Assembly (NCBI GenBank): GCA_951406725.2 | Contig: OX597818.1 | Span: forward strand, 2,232,001 to 2,296,000 | Length of the DNA stretch: 64,000 nt | Source of the DNA: Octopus vulgaris | Lineage: Eukaryota | Direction: 5' to 3' | In this document: positions 46,205 to 60,181 of the stretch, piece after piece | Layout: each line of letters starts with the position of its first letter | Position numbering within the stretch: the first letter of the stretch is position 1 | Program-made: the position numbers and the translations under genes | The notes under the pieces: model-generated | Seen by the model: the letters and a program-made list of their open reading frames with translations, nothing else | Databases searched by the model: none | What the model was told of the DNA's origin: nothing

Positions 46205-47486
46205 AAATATGCTCACATCTCCTCCATGAAGTTTTAGGCCCACAAAGTTTTCATGACATCAGAACTGTTGATGGTGTATTATGTGATACTTTCCGCGAAG
46301 CCTGTTTCCGTCGTCGACTTTTGGAGGATGATTCACTCCCTTGTTAATTCAGTCCGGGCCAAAGCTGGGGAGATTTTTTTCCTGGACGCTCCTGGGGGCA
46401 CTGGGAAAACTTTTGTCAACAAATTAATATTGGCTGAGATTAGTCGAACACAAGGCATTGCCCTAGCTGTGGCATCATCTGGAATTGCGGCTACTTTGTT
46501 GCCAGGCGGCAGGACAGCTCACTCTACTTACAAGCTCCCACTTAGCGAAGACTGAGACACCAACTTGCAACATCAGTAACAGCTCCGATCAGGCAGAAGT
46601 CTTTAGACGATGCAAGCTTATCGTTTGGGATGAATGCACGATGGCCCACTCTTCAACTCCCATGGGAGGCATAACACTTCTTCTTTCAGGGGACTTCCGA
46701 CAAACACTTCCAGTTATTCCCAAAGGGACTAGAGCTGATGCAGTAAGTGCGTGTCTTAAGTCATCCACATTGTGGCCACTGGTGAAGACTCAAACTTCAC
46801 ACCAATATGCGTGCTCATATGCGACGTAATATCACATCAGCAGCATTTTCTCACACCCTCCTTGCACTTGGCGAAGGCAAAATACCAGGGGATGAAAATG
46901 GTAATATTGCCATCGATTCCATTTGTACCATTGTTAAGACGCCTTCTGATCTCAGAGATGCAGTGTTCCCAGATCTACAAGCTAATTATCAGAATATGGA
47001 TTGGATTGGCCAAAGGGCTATTCTGGCCCCGAGGAATAAAACTGTTTACCATATTAATGATGAAATGCTAAAACTCATTCCTGGGGACGTCTATCGATAC
47101 AACTCCTGACCCAGAGGACGTCATCAATTATCCAATAGAGGTACTCAATTCCTTTGAAGTCCTTATCTCCCAATCTGATTGAGGCCACCATTATCACAGG
47201 TAGCGGTCAAGGCAACGTTGTGCTCATACCTAGGATGCATCTTTTCCCATCAGGAGCAGACTTACCTTTCATATTTCGGAGGTCCCAGTTCCCAGTAAGG
47301 CCATGTTTCGCAATGTCAATTAACAAAGCGCAATTAAACTGTCTGTGGCGGGAATACATTTGGGAGAGCCATGTTTCTCTCATCGTCAATTTTTATGTTG
47401 GCTGCTCGCGTGTCGGCAGCAACAGTGATGCTTTCGCATTCGTTCCACAACGAAAAACAAAAAACATTGTGTACAAGGTTTTATAG
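46205..47486 (+). mobile_element. Helitron PIF1-like helicase remnant
   Basis: GPQSFHDIRTVDG, FFLDAPGGTGKTF, GIAATLLPGGRTAHS, IVWDECTM, LLSGDFRQTLPV, AILAPRN, QFPVRPCFAMSINKAQ. Confidence 0.92.
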
Positions 47487-50349
47487 GATTACTACGTTTC
47501 ATCATTTTCGAACACGTTAGTATTTCACTTACATACGACTCTCTTTTATGATGGCATTTACGTTTCTAGGCGTTTCATGACATTAATTCACACTTAACCA
47601 ACACCTGTCCTTCGCTCACCTCTATTTCTATCCATTCATCATCAAACCACCAGCCTCATCTTCTATATCCAACGTACATGACACATCTACCCCCTACATC
47701 TACACTCTCACTGTTAAAGTTTACATAAGCTAAAACATGATCGCAACATACACTTTGGAAACTAAGCAACAGATCATTTTATACAACAAATTTAATCAAA
47801 ACGCCCATCAATGAAAACATCTCCACCACTGTATTGTGATTCATCTAATCAGCACCACTACAGTCTTGCCGGTCTGACATATGGTGAGGAAACGACCCAT
47901 ATTTACTTACCCATGCTTCATTCCTCTCTTGCCTACATAGGAAATCCACTCTCTTTTAACACAGCATGAAGTTTTGTAACAGCACATCCGCTGCCGTTCG
48001 TGCAAAACAAAGAGACCCTATTCACCTGCGAACGTTTTACATCGCCTTCCACGACTATCAAATTCTTACAATTATGAGAACAATAACCTGGCTCTTTTCA
48101 AGGCAACCTCGCATTCAATTCTTACACCATTCTACGAGGGGGTAGGAACCCCTTTACATGGCTTTCTATACACTTACAAATATTCATAAATTGTCACTCA
48201 TTCTTTAGAATATAATATAGATGTCTTTCACTATTGAAAGGTTATTTCTCTTAATTATATACATAAACATATATATATATATAAAAAATAGCATATAATT
48301 CTTGCAGATAAGAACAAAGCTTCTAAATTGGATGGAGAAATTCAAAGGATTGCTTTGGTACAATATTAGATCTGTTATATTTATTGAAATGTGGGTTTGA
48401 GTCCCTTGAGCAGAGTTCAACTTTTCCATCTAAGAGATTTTAATTGTTAGCTTTATCTCTAGAAGTTTCTAAATTTCTCTCTCTCTCTATATATATATTT
48501 TTTACTATTTTTACAAATAGTAGTTAGATTGCAGCTCCCCATGTTAATACTTTCTCACTGTAACCCTTTCCCTCTGTTACACACTCACTCTTGAGCCACA
48601 TCCTCACTAACACTTTTTTTTTTGAACAATCTGTGTAACATATTATGTAGCTATACACAGACTATAGAAATACATCGTTATTCTGTTTACATACAGAAAA
48701 ATAAAAGATTGTCTTGCCTAGTTTCATAAATTGTCACTCATTCTTTAGAATACCTCTCGTTCTCACCTTTTACACTGATACTCTTAATGTAACCCCGCTC
48801 ACATTGTAACCACTTTACTATGACAACCTCAAACTGTAAACCCTTCGTATCGATATCCTCATACTGTAAACTCCTCTCTGTAACATCCTCACACTTTAAG
48901 CTCCTCATGCTAATACTTTCTCACTGTAACCCTTTTCCTGTTACACATCTTGAGCCACATCTTCACTATCACACTTTTGTTACATGTATCATTTAACCTT
49001 CTCAATATTTCTGTTAAAAACTATTTAATTCTGGTTGGTTATATAAGAACATTAAGGAATAAGAAAGAGAGAGAGAGAAAGGTAGGAAGCGAAAGAAAGA
49101 GGAAGTGTATAAGTATCTCTCAGTTAAAAATACATGGGATGTTGTAGATTCTATGTAGTGCAAATGTGTGTATAAATAGTTATCATATAGGATGGAAGTA
49201 GCAGAGGGAGGAAACATGGCAGTGACTTCTTAGCAAATAAAATCTATGGTTTAATTATATTTCTTTCTTTGTTGTAGCAATTCTGTTAAGCGCAGTAACA
49301 TAACAATTCCACATTTCATACACACATGTATATATATATATACTTCATTATACATGCTGAATATCTGAGGTGTGTGTGTTTGTGAATCTCATTCATTTCC
49401 AAAATTCTGCAAAAACCTGCCTAACTATGGGGAAATATTACATTGTTTACAAATAAGTAAGGTTGGTAATAGAAATGGCATCCAACCATAGAAAATCTGC
49501 TTCATTAAATTTCATCTGACCATTCAAAGATGGAGAAATAAATGCTAGAATGATGATGCAGATGCTGATAAATATTATATAAGGCACTGGTTATATTTAG
49601 TGTGAAGTTAATTATCTCCCCTGTGTTTCTGTCTTTTGCTAAATGTGTGTGCTCATTCTAACAATTGCATTGAATGCAGTTACTAAACCCATTTGTTGTT
49701 TTTAACTAGCTTGATAAATAGCAAATTAAATATTTTGGCCAGGAAACCCTAGGCAGTTGTATTTCACAGGGCTTTTATTATAATAGTATCTTTACACTCC
49801 TAATTGATTGTGTGCTATACTACTCATTGAAATTCTTACCATATTTACATATACATACACACACACACACTTATATGGTCATATGGTTAAAAAGTTTGCT
49901 TTCTAACCACATGGTTTCAGGTTCAGTACCACTGCATGGCACTTGGGCAAGTGCCTTCTACTATAGCCCTGCAGAAACCAATGTTTTGTGAGTAATTTTG
50001 GTAGACAGAAAATAAAGGAAGTTTGTTGTATATATGTGTGTATGTGAGTGTATCCATATGTCTTCTTGTATGACATCATGTGATAGTTGTAAATAAGTGT
50101 CACTGTCATATAAACAGCATCATTCATTTCCAATATTCTGCAAGAACAAGCCTGGCCATGGGAAAATATTAGTACTTGACACAGGTGAAGGTTGATGATG
50201 AAAAAGCATTTCTCTATAGAAAATGTTTCAACAAATTCTGTCTGACACATGTAAAAGTGAATGTAAAAAGTGAGATAATAATCTTGATGGTGGTTATGCT
50301 ATACATATAACACACAGAAAATGGAATCTGGTGATGATGATATAGGTGC

Positions 50350-52075
50350 AGTTTTCTCCCTTGACAGCAAGTTTAGAACAAACTTGCTTATTGGCGCTAG
50401 AGCATGAGATTCTGACACTAGGCCTTACAACTTTCTCTTTTCTTGCCAAGCCATCAAACCATAAAGACGTGATCTAGTCGCTCTCTGACACCACACACCA
50501 GCTAGCAGACAGGAGGCAACGCACAGGGGATCACGGCCTCCCTGCATCGACCATTCCCATTTGTCATTCGGCTTCTATATATACGTGCGGCCGGCATTAA
50601 AGACATTTGAAGTTACAGCTTGTTTCACATATATTCTTTATACCATGTTCCTGTCAAATGATATTACAGCCTTCAGAAGAGAGTCATGTTTAGATGGTGT
50701 TGGTATTATGGTTGTGGATCCATCTAAAATGGTGACCCAACGTGGAACACAGACATCTAAAATGGTGACCTGATGCAGCAGACAGCACTTCCTTCTAAAA
50801 TGATGAACCCCGGACAAATTCTGACCAGTGAATACGTATTCCTTTTTGTCCTTTGTGACTTTGTCTACGCAACCAGATTGCCACTCATTTCATAGGAACA
50901 TACTACTGATGACTCTTGTCACCATATTGTCTTCTTCACCAGAAAATTTTGGTGCCATTTTCAAGTGGGAAAGTGAAAATCATTTTTCCTTGTGTTGTAA
51001 CTGAATTTACAACTTGGTCCTTCGGAGACACAGCATCCCAGGAGAATATTTTTCTTGCATGTAAAAAGGAAAAAAAAATTATCTGGAATATTCTCCAGAG
51101 TTCACATGGATGACAAATTTTTCCTACATGCCAGGTATGAGTTTCTTTCTCTCAACCATCCAGATTATCCATGTGTTGGCCATGTTTTGTTCTTTATCCG
51201 TTAGCAAGGACTTCTATTTTCATCCGCTGCTACTGCCAAAAAAAAAAGTCTGATGCTGACGGCATTTATTTCAACCAGTTTGTTCTTCATGGCATTCCAT
51301 TTTCCTATTATTGTGTAACATGTCCTCAGTGTGTTCCCTTGTCCTCCTCTCAGGCTCGTTCTTCTTCAGACAACACTCAATCCTCTGAAATCTTGCGGGC
51401 CATTGGAGAGCTGACCCATCAAGACATGCACATGTGCAGGATTTTTTGTCTGCTCTGCACGGCTGTTAAGATTTTTTTTCTAAAATTGACTTGGTACATA
51501 TGTACCATAAAATCCCTGTCAACCTCAACGACATTCGAAAGACAGCTGTCATCATGCCTTTTGGAGCATTTGAATTCTTGTCTATGCCATTTGGACTTAG
51601 TAATGCAGCCAGCACATTCCAAAGGTTCATTGATGAGGTCGTTGATAGGTCTTCGCATACATCGATAACCTTCTAATCGCCAGTGGTACTCCAGACCAGC
51701 ACCACCAACACTTAACCCAACTGTTCAAGCGCCTACATTCCTATGATGTAAAGATTGGCCTGGAAAAGTGTGAATTCAATTCTACCAGTTTGGAATTGAC
51801 GCCGATGGTATTTGTCCACTTCCCTCTAAAACAGAAGCCATCAAATGCTTGCCTCCTCCAGTTTCCTTAAAACAGCTCAGAAATTTTATTGGTTTAATTA
51901 ATTATTATCATCGTTTCATTCCTAACTGCGTGGAAAAGTTGCTTCCTTTGGCCCAGCTCTTGAAAGATCAACAGAAAAAAAAAGACTGATAACGCTGTCT
52001 ACTACAGCCATCCAAGCTTTTGAATCTGCCAAAGCTGACCTTGCTCAAGCATCCTTCTTCACTCATCCTAAGCAG
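50350..52075 (+). mobile_element. Decayed Gypsy element (LTR/PBS-like start, RT remnant)
   Basis: tggtgaccc PBS-like motifs at ~50730-50770; YHKIPVN..DIRKTAVIMPFGAFEFLSMPFGLSNAASTFQRFIDEV at 51491-51650. Confidence 0.7.
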
Positions 52076-53115
52076 AAATAATCTGAAATTAATTTGAAAA
52101 ATAGAAGTAGTTTGAAATTAGACTGAAAATTCAGAAGACTAAGATGCGTTGGTGTCTCCTCATGTCTGTACAAGAAATATTTTGCATTGAATGTGAACAA
52201 TAGTGCTTATTATGTATATTTGTAGCTTTTGCGTGGTTTGTGTCAAATATCTTGTAAAGGCACAGCTTTTACATAAATTAAACCTACTATCCCTTGAAAA
52301 CCTTTAGAAAATGTATATAACCTGTTTGTAAAATCATGTACCCATGTGTAAGTATGCAATATGTTGGTAGTTTTGAATACAAGTACATGTTCAACATTTG
52401 TAAAATTAAGTAGACCACTTGGTGTAGAAAATAACAATGTAGAATAATGAGCAAATTGTTGACTACAACATATAGTACGTATCAAAAGTAATCAAATATG
52501 TACAAAATTTGGGGAATGATTTTAATTTTCTTATTTTCCTGTTACTTGGTACATTTATTTACATCCTCATACTCTCATTAGCAAAATTCATCATGTACAT
52601 TTTTCAATAATAGCTCCAATTGGTAAAATCAAGTATTCATACATACAAACTAAAATGTAGTTATAAAGTTTAGCAGAACACCCTCTGTCATTATTGACAG
52701 TTCAGGTACTCTAGTAAGAAGATCACACCACCAGACAGGTTTTATAGGACTTGAGAAATGTTGCTGATTTAAGTTTTCTTTTTCTGAAACAGAAATAATT
52801 GAAAGCATGAATTTAAAGCAAATGGTTCAGGTATAAACATGTCAAGCTAAGTAAAATCACTGTCATCCATACAAACAGGCTTGTCCTTTATAGGTGCACA
52901 TGCTACATACAATACACTCATGCTGGTGTTGTGTAAACTCACCCATGTTAGTGGCACATAAAAGCACCCAGCACACTCTGTAAAGTGGTTGGCATTAGGA
53001 AAGGCATCCAGTCATAGAAACCATGCCACAACAGACAATTGGAGTCTGGCCAGCTCCTGTCAAACCATCCAACCCATGCCAACATGGAAAATGTATGTTA
53101 AATGATGATGACGAT

Positions 53116-53149
<34 letters not shown>

Positions 53150-54832
53150 ATTTAATGTACACAGTATTAAAATATTGATAGTTTCTTACCATGGAGACAC
53201 CATAATTAGACAGATTTATATAATGTACATTGTGTCTCCAAGCAATCTTCAGGTTCAAGGCACATGATTAGTTCTATTTGAAAACCAAGATGCTGGTACA
53301 TGAGAAACCATAAGAAAAAGACAAAATAAAAACAAGAAAGTTGATGCAAAAATGGAATAAGACAAAGGGTGAATAAAAAAGGAAACAGAAAGAAAAGTAA
53401 GAGTTACATCCCCTTTCACTGCAGAAATTCATTCAGAGAGGGTGGTGCCTCCAGGTCAACAAAAGAAATTTGTCCATGTGCTTGCATTTGCTGAAAATTT
53501 TGAATCTGGAATTAAGTTGTGTGGTGGAATTCTAGAAGCATTGTGTCCCACCCACATATAACAATAAAATTTTCACGCAACAAACCAAACTACATCTTTT
53601 CTTTTCCTCACATTCCCTCTTCATACATTATGATTATCTCCCACTCCCCATTCGTCCTCACTGCCTTGCTCACTGTATTGCTGCTTCCCCAACTCATACC
53701 CAGGTTCTCACCAGTCACTGCATTCCCAACCCACCACTCAAACCTTCTTGGCAATATCCTGCCATGTACATTATGACCCCACATACTTTGAGGGTATGTC
53801 CTGGCACTTGCCACCACTTATCTCTCTCTCTCTTCCTTACTCTACCATCCCATCTATGCTCTGATCCTCATTCCTTGTGAATTTACCCTGGCACTTCACC
53901 ATCTCTCCCCTGCTCTCTCTTGCACTCTTGCTGTCTCTTTTTCTTTCCCTTGCTCTTCCCTCAGGCTAGGTAACCATCTTTCTCCTCTGCAACAGCACAT
54001 CTATTTCTGCCCTCATTCTTGATCATTCTCTCTCTCTCTCCTTCCCTTGCTCTTCCCTCTAGCTAGGTAACCAAGTATCTCTTTTAAAGCAGGACATCTG
54101 TTTCTGACCTTTTTCTTGTTAACTCTTTCTTTCTTTCTCTCTCTCTGTTGGGTAACCATGTACCTCCCCTACAACAAGACAACTGCTTCTGTCTCTCTGT
54201 CATACACAAACCTTTCATCATCTGACAAAAGATTACGTCCTCCAATGAACCCTCTTCTGTCAAAGATTCCTTGTCTTAAAAGCTACTAGGTGACCCCACC
54301 AGTGCTGGTGCCATGTAAAAAGCATCCAGTCCACATTGTAAAATGATTGGCATTTGGAAGGGCATCCAGCTGTAAAAACCATGCCAAATGGTCCTCACCT
54401 GTGCTGGTGTCACATAAAAAGCACTCAGTCTACTCTGTGAGGTGATTGGTGTTAGGAAGGGCATCCAGCTGTAAAAACCCTGCCAAAACAGAAACAGAAG
54501 TCTGGTGCAGTCTTCTACCTAGCCAGCTCCTGTCAAACTGTCTAACCCATGCCAGCATGGAAGGCAGACATTAAACAATGACGACGATGATGATCTTTCA
54601 GCTATGCATAAGTTGCATCTCTCTGATCCCTTTTCTCCACAATTCCCCACTTAATTGTAGGGAATTGGTTGGTTTTTCTAGCCAACTTAGTGGCTTTATT
54701 TTTGTCAATGTATTGGAAAGAAGACTGGTGGTCTGTATGTCTTTTAAAATTGCCTTCACATAAACCAATGTAATTTTTCTTTTCAATTGTTATCTTAAAG
54801 CACTGCTGTGACTTTGGTCTCACAGATTACTG

Positions 54833-55530
54833 AGATTGACAGTTCTATCAGACATATGCAATCACATTTAGATTACTTCAGACATAGAAGTGTGATCGCA
54901 TACAAAATGATAATTCTGTCAAAGATATAGCTCTGTGTTGATTGACAGTTCAACCAGATATAGTGATTACATAGAACTGTGATGATATGAAGATTGACAA
55001 TTCTATCAGGCATACATAAATGTGATCACATGCAAATTGGCAGATCAACCAGGCATTAAGAATTGCGTTCACTTATAGATAGACTGTTCTATCAGACATA
55101 TGGTACAGTGCTGATGAAAATTAACAGTTATATTAGACATACAGAACTGTGATCACTAGTAGAACTGTGATCATGTGTGGATTCATAACACTATCAAACT
55201 CATTTAATTGTGATTACATGCAGATTGACAGTCTTGACAAACATATAGAACTGTTATCACATGTAAATCGATTAATGTATCAGATATATAGACCCATTAT
55301 CACATGTTGATTGACAGTTCTACCAGACATGCAAAACTATGATATGAAGATTGACAGTTCTATTAGATATCACACATTTAATATTCTAATATGACAAGTG
55401 ACACTTGCATCAAACATAAAATTGTGATGATGTCTAGATAGATAGTTCTATCAAATATACGGTACTCTGCTGATATGAAAATTGCCAGTTATATCAAAGA
55501 ACTGTGACCACATGTAGACTGACAGTACTA
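54833..55530. repeat. Degenerate ~40-bp minisatellite
   Basis: Recurrent unit gattgacagttctatcagacatatagaactgtgatcacatg. Confidence 0.75.
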
Positions 55531-55676
55531 TTAAACTAAATACACTCAAGTCAGTTCTTAGCTGATTGACTTTCGAAAGTGAATATACATTTTAGTCAAT
55601 GGTTAAACAGATTCAATACTTTACAAGCATGTGCGTGCACTCACACACAAAATAAAATGTAAGAAAAGTTGTTTAC

Positions 55677-55726
55677 TTGAATTTTTTTCACTTTTGCTTT
55701 CAAAGCTTCAACATTGACATCTGAAC
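55677..55726 (-). CDS. KRR1: KRR1 C-terminal exon (may read through to TGA at 55641-55643)
   Basis: tctttcacag acceptor, phase 1, encodes SDVNVEALKAKVKKIQ, similar to human KRR1 KIDVASIKEKVKK. Confidence 0.7.
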
Positions 55727-56099
55727 CTGTGAAAGAGTATTGTTGTTATTATTGTTGTAGTACATAAGCAGCACAGCTATTCAGCTCATGTCTCATATTA
55801 TTATTATTATTATAAATTATTATGATTCTTATTACTTGTGTAGTGGAATAGTAAGTGGTAATTATCATAAACTGTTGGAAAAAATGTGGAATTGATAAAA
55901 TAAATATCGGTTATATACCAGGTCAAATGAATCAGTCATATCTCTTACTTTAAATTTGGGGCTTTGTGTTAATGTATGAAATTATTACTACTGGCATCAG
56001 GAAGGGCATCTGGCTGTAGAAAACTCTTCCCCAACATTCTCTTGACAGACCCATGCAAGCATAGGAAAGTAGACGTGATGATGATGATGACATAGATTA

Positions 56100-56275
56100 C
56101 ATTCACTTCAACATTTAAATTTAATTTGTCAAAATATTTTCGTCGCTTTGAGACCGCGACCTGTTCACTGACAAAATTCCGTGCTGCATCTCGGAATTTT
56201 GTCAGTGAACAGGTCGCAGTCTCAAAGCAACGAAAATATTTTGACAAATTAAATTTAAATGTTGAAGTGAATCTA
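56100..56275. repeat. Foldback palindrome in a KRR1 intron
   Basis: ~80-bp near-perfect arms around a ~10-nt loop (ccg tgctgcatct cgg). Confidence 0.9.
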
Positions 56276-56641
56276 ATGGTTTTTGCGGGTTTCTTAAATG
56301 GCTTATAAACACCTTCCAGAATACAGTGATCTGTCTGTCATTCACAGCCAGCCCTTACAGTGGATATAGACCTGGCTCCTTCCTTTCCACAGGCTAATTA
56401 AAGTTGAACAAAACCTATTAGTTGTGCAACCCCACCTCTCTCATCACTAATCTGGTCTGACTCAATCTAGATGACTTTCTTCCAGCTCTCATCACTTTCC
56501 AAAGTTTCAGGATTAATTAATTTGTGCTCCAGCTTTCAACATTTTGCTAAAATTTTGTCATCTATCTTGTAAACATAATTACTAACAACAAATAATTAGA
56601 AAAGAAACAGTAATTTAGTTTAAAGAATATCTTATACTCAC

Positions 56642-56741
56642 TACTATTGACCTTACTGGATCTTTGAGTCACTTCTTTTGGAACTAAATAAGCTTGCTTC
56701 CTCTTCTCCTTTTGTTTCAAGATAGATTTTTGTGTTTTAGC
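56642..56741 (-). CDS. KRR1: KRR1 internal exon
   Basis: ttcttcag acceptor; AKTQKSILKQKEKRKQAYLVPKE resembles human [29 protein letters not shown] donor at 56641 (alternative GTAAGG at 56656). Confidence 0.8.
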
Positions 56742-57726
56742 CTGAAGAAGAAATAAATGTTTAAAATTTTCACCTTTATACCAGAAAATGAAGTTGCTTC
56801 TCCCTGTCCATCGTTGTATTTTATAAATATTTCCTATAAAGCTAACATAGAAACACCAAACTGCCTTACATCAAATCTTTCACTAATAAAACATTAAAAT
56901 CTGACCAGAATATCTAAAATTGTAAATCTATAGCCATCACTCAGAATTGAAGCTGAATTAGTAATATGTTTGATGTTCTTGTGAATTGTTCTAGGTGTTT
57001 ACATAACCCTAACCCTGACTCAGTGGTACATCCAGAATGTAACAGCTGGAGGGTAAGAGCTATACCAATAGTTTGCTAGTCTTCGTTTTTAGCTTAGGAG
57101 ACTCGAAAATGTGAAATAAAGTACCTTACTCAAGGACACAACACACTGCCTAGGCTAAATTGAACCTATGATATTATGATTGTCAGCCAACACCCTAACC
57201 ACTAAGCCACCTGCTCTCACTGTCAAACTATAGTTAACATATAAAAGATTTAAGAATTAGGATATGTTATCAAATTACTTTCCTACCTTGGAATGTAGTC
57301 AAGTTTGTATAACCATCTTGTTTAATTAAAATTTGTATAATTACCTAGTTTAATTAAAGTTGGTTTGATTAACTCAAATCATATAAAATATTAGTAAAAT
57401 AAAAACAGAAAGTATTAAACCCTTTTCAGATTTATGATGTAAAACATGTTTTCAGAAATGAAAAGAATATAAAATAGTATTCAAGATATTAAACAAAAGA
57501 TAATTTATTAATAAAAACACAAAATATTGAAATATTGTCAGAACAGGTTTGGCTGTGTGGTAAGAAGTTTGCTTCCCAACCATGTGGTTTTCAAATTCAG
57601 TCTTGAGTAAATATGTCTTGCTATAGCCCTGGGTTGACCAAAGTCTTATGAATAGACTTGCCAGATTAAAACTGAAAGAAGACAAGTGCATGCGCATGCG
57701 TGCACACACACATACACATGTATATA

Positions 57727-58811
57727 CAAGGGTAGGCTGATAAGTTCATAGGCTGACTATGAAGGAGTGATACTAGAATTGTGAAATCCTGCATGCATTA
57801 ATTTCAACTCTTCTTATGAATAACTACATTGTTTCTTTCCAGCTAAACTGACATCTGACTGTTCAAAGAACACTTAAAAAGTAACTAGTAGTGACTTCTC
57901 TTGAAAATGGACAAAATTGGGCTCCATGGTGTTAAGTACCTGCAGAGAAATAGTTGTTACATTAAGGGATGATGCTCCAGCTTTATCAACAGTGCAAAAG
58001 TGGGCAGCTGGATTTAGGAGGGGAAGGGAGGGTCTTGAAGATGACCCAAGGTCTGGATGTTCTGCAACTGCTACCACCAAGGAAAACATTGATCATGTTC
58101 ACAACATAGTGACTGACTATAAATAAAATAACCAATGCTATTAGCATATCTTGTAAGAGGGTTGAGAATATGAAGGTTTCTGCCTGGTGGCTGCCAAATC
58201 CTCTGACACCTGATCAAAAGCACACCAGACTAATCACATCCAAGAAAAATCTCATGATTGTTTGAGGCAGATCCAGCTGGTTTCCTTGAATGTTTCCTAA
58301 CACAGGATGAATGTTGGGTTTGTCTCTTTGAGACAGAGACAAAGAGATAATCTATGCAGTGGAAACACCACTCCTCACCTGCTACAAAGAAGGCCAAGGT
58401 CGTTTCATCTGCAGGGAAGGTGATGGCCTCTGCATTTTGGGATGCAAAAGGCATTGTGTTCATTGACTATCTTCAAAAGAATCACACCATCATTGGAAAG
58501 TACAATTGCCAACTTGCTGAGGCAGTTAAAAAAAGGCTATCAAGACCAAAAGTCCAGGAAAACTGTTTCATCAGGACAATGTTCCAGCACAAAAGATCTT
58601 GGTCTTAATGGCTTCTGCACATGACTGTGGATTGGAACTGATGTGTATGTCTTTTTTGACCAGCAGGATGAAAGCTTTGTCACCAAGAACTGCAACACTA
58701 ACGCAAGAAGTGCATGGACTGCAAGAGGGATTATGTTGAAAAATAAACATCATTCAGTCACATTCCATGAGAGTATCTTTGTCAGTCTATAAACTTTTTA
58801 GCCAACCCTTG
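57727..58811 (+). mobile_element. Mariner DNA transposon with both TIRs, degenerate
   Basis: TA|caagggtaggctgataagttcataggctgac ... gtcagtctataaactttttagccaacccttg; LEDDPRSG, TQDECW, SAGKVMASAFWDAKGIVFIDYL, HQDN. Confidence 0.9.
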
Positions 58812-60103
58812 TGTGTGTGTGTATGCCAACATGGAAAATGGACATTAATGATGATGACAATATATATCAATTTAATATGCAACTGAAAGAACTACTAATA
58901 GTTTCATGCTTTTATGATACTTTAACTAGGCATATTTATAAAATACACCATGTATCTCCCACTGGATGGAACACTTTGTTGATTCTACCTATATTGAATC
59001 TGTGTGTGTATGTCTTGTCTTGATACTGCATGATAATTGTCAGCAAACATCACTGCCATACAAGTGGTGTCATTTGTTTGCAGTCTTTGGTGAAAATATG
59101 TCTGGTCATTGAGCTATTCATGTTCAAAGGACTAGGGGAAATATTAACATGTTTGGAAACAGGTGAGGAATCACAAGATGGGCATCTGGCTGTAGAGAAT
59201 CTATGACAATATATGTTGTCTGACTCATGTAATGTCCAGAGTGGACATTAAAATGATGATGATAAAACAATATTTTTATAGCTTTAATTAAAAATGACAG
59301 ACATTAAGATATCACTTGATTGCAGGATCCATAGTTTATTCATTTATACTGTGTTTCCTGGTGTTCTAGATAAGGGCATGTTCAATAGCTATGACTACTT
59401 AATTGCAAATGATGTTATTGTTCAGCCCCAAATCAGCTCTGACCCAGTAAGCCTGTTAATCAGAATTATTCTAATGATGATCCTCCCATTATTTTATCAC
59501 TTACAGTATATCAAGGACTACATTATCCAATGTGTCTTTCTCTTTTTTTTTTTTAGATGGTAGGGAATGATTCAAGGTTGTTGTGACTGCTATTTCTAGA
59601 GGTTGAGTTACTACATCTAGGCTCCTTTATTGGTTCATATCTATCATTTATCAATTATCCCCAGATCAACTCTGATCCTGAAGAATATGATCAAAGGCGT
59701 TCTAATGATGACAATCCTGCCTTTTTAGTAGATAAAGTGTATCAAAGACTATAATGAGCCAATGTGTTATTCCTTTTATTAAGATTACTGAGTGTTGTGT
59801 AATGGAGGCTTAGCTGCTCTTTCTAGTAGGTCAAGTAAACACTATTTCGAGAGGCACCATTTTTGGCTCTAATATATACCACGTGTAAAATCTATCTTAC
59901 TGGAGTGATCATTAAGAATATCAGAAATAATTGTAAATATTTCAGAGGAATCGCCAAGAGAACGATATTTTGTCTGAATGGAGAAAAGTCTCTCGGCATC
60001 ATTCTTAATATCATAGAAACTGGAATAAATATTTAGTAATGGAAGTAGAAAATACACAAAAAAGTTTTAAATATAAATAAAAACTAGAAACCCTATTCCT
60101 TAC

Positions 60104-60181
60104 TTGTATTTCTGTCTTCTGCCGGGATTTTCTCTCAGACTCTTTCAAGAAATATTCTCCTGAAGCTAACTGTTGGTCAAT
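60104..60181 (-). CDS. KRR1: KRR1 internal exon
   Basis: tttcag|IDQQLASGEYFLKESERKSRQKTEIQ|gtaag; matches the conserved IDKELASGEYFL. Confidence 0.92.

Noticed and set aside
57004-57016. taaccctaaccct telomere-like motif
   Set aside because: Only two units; expected by chance
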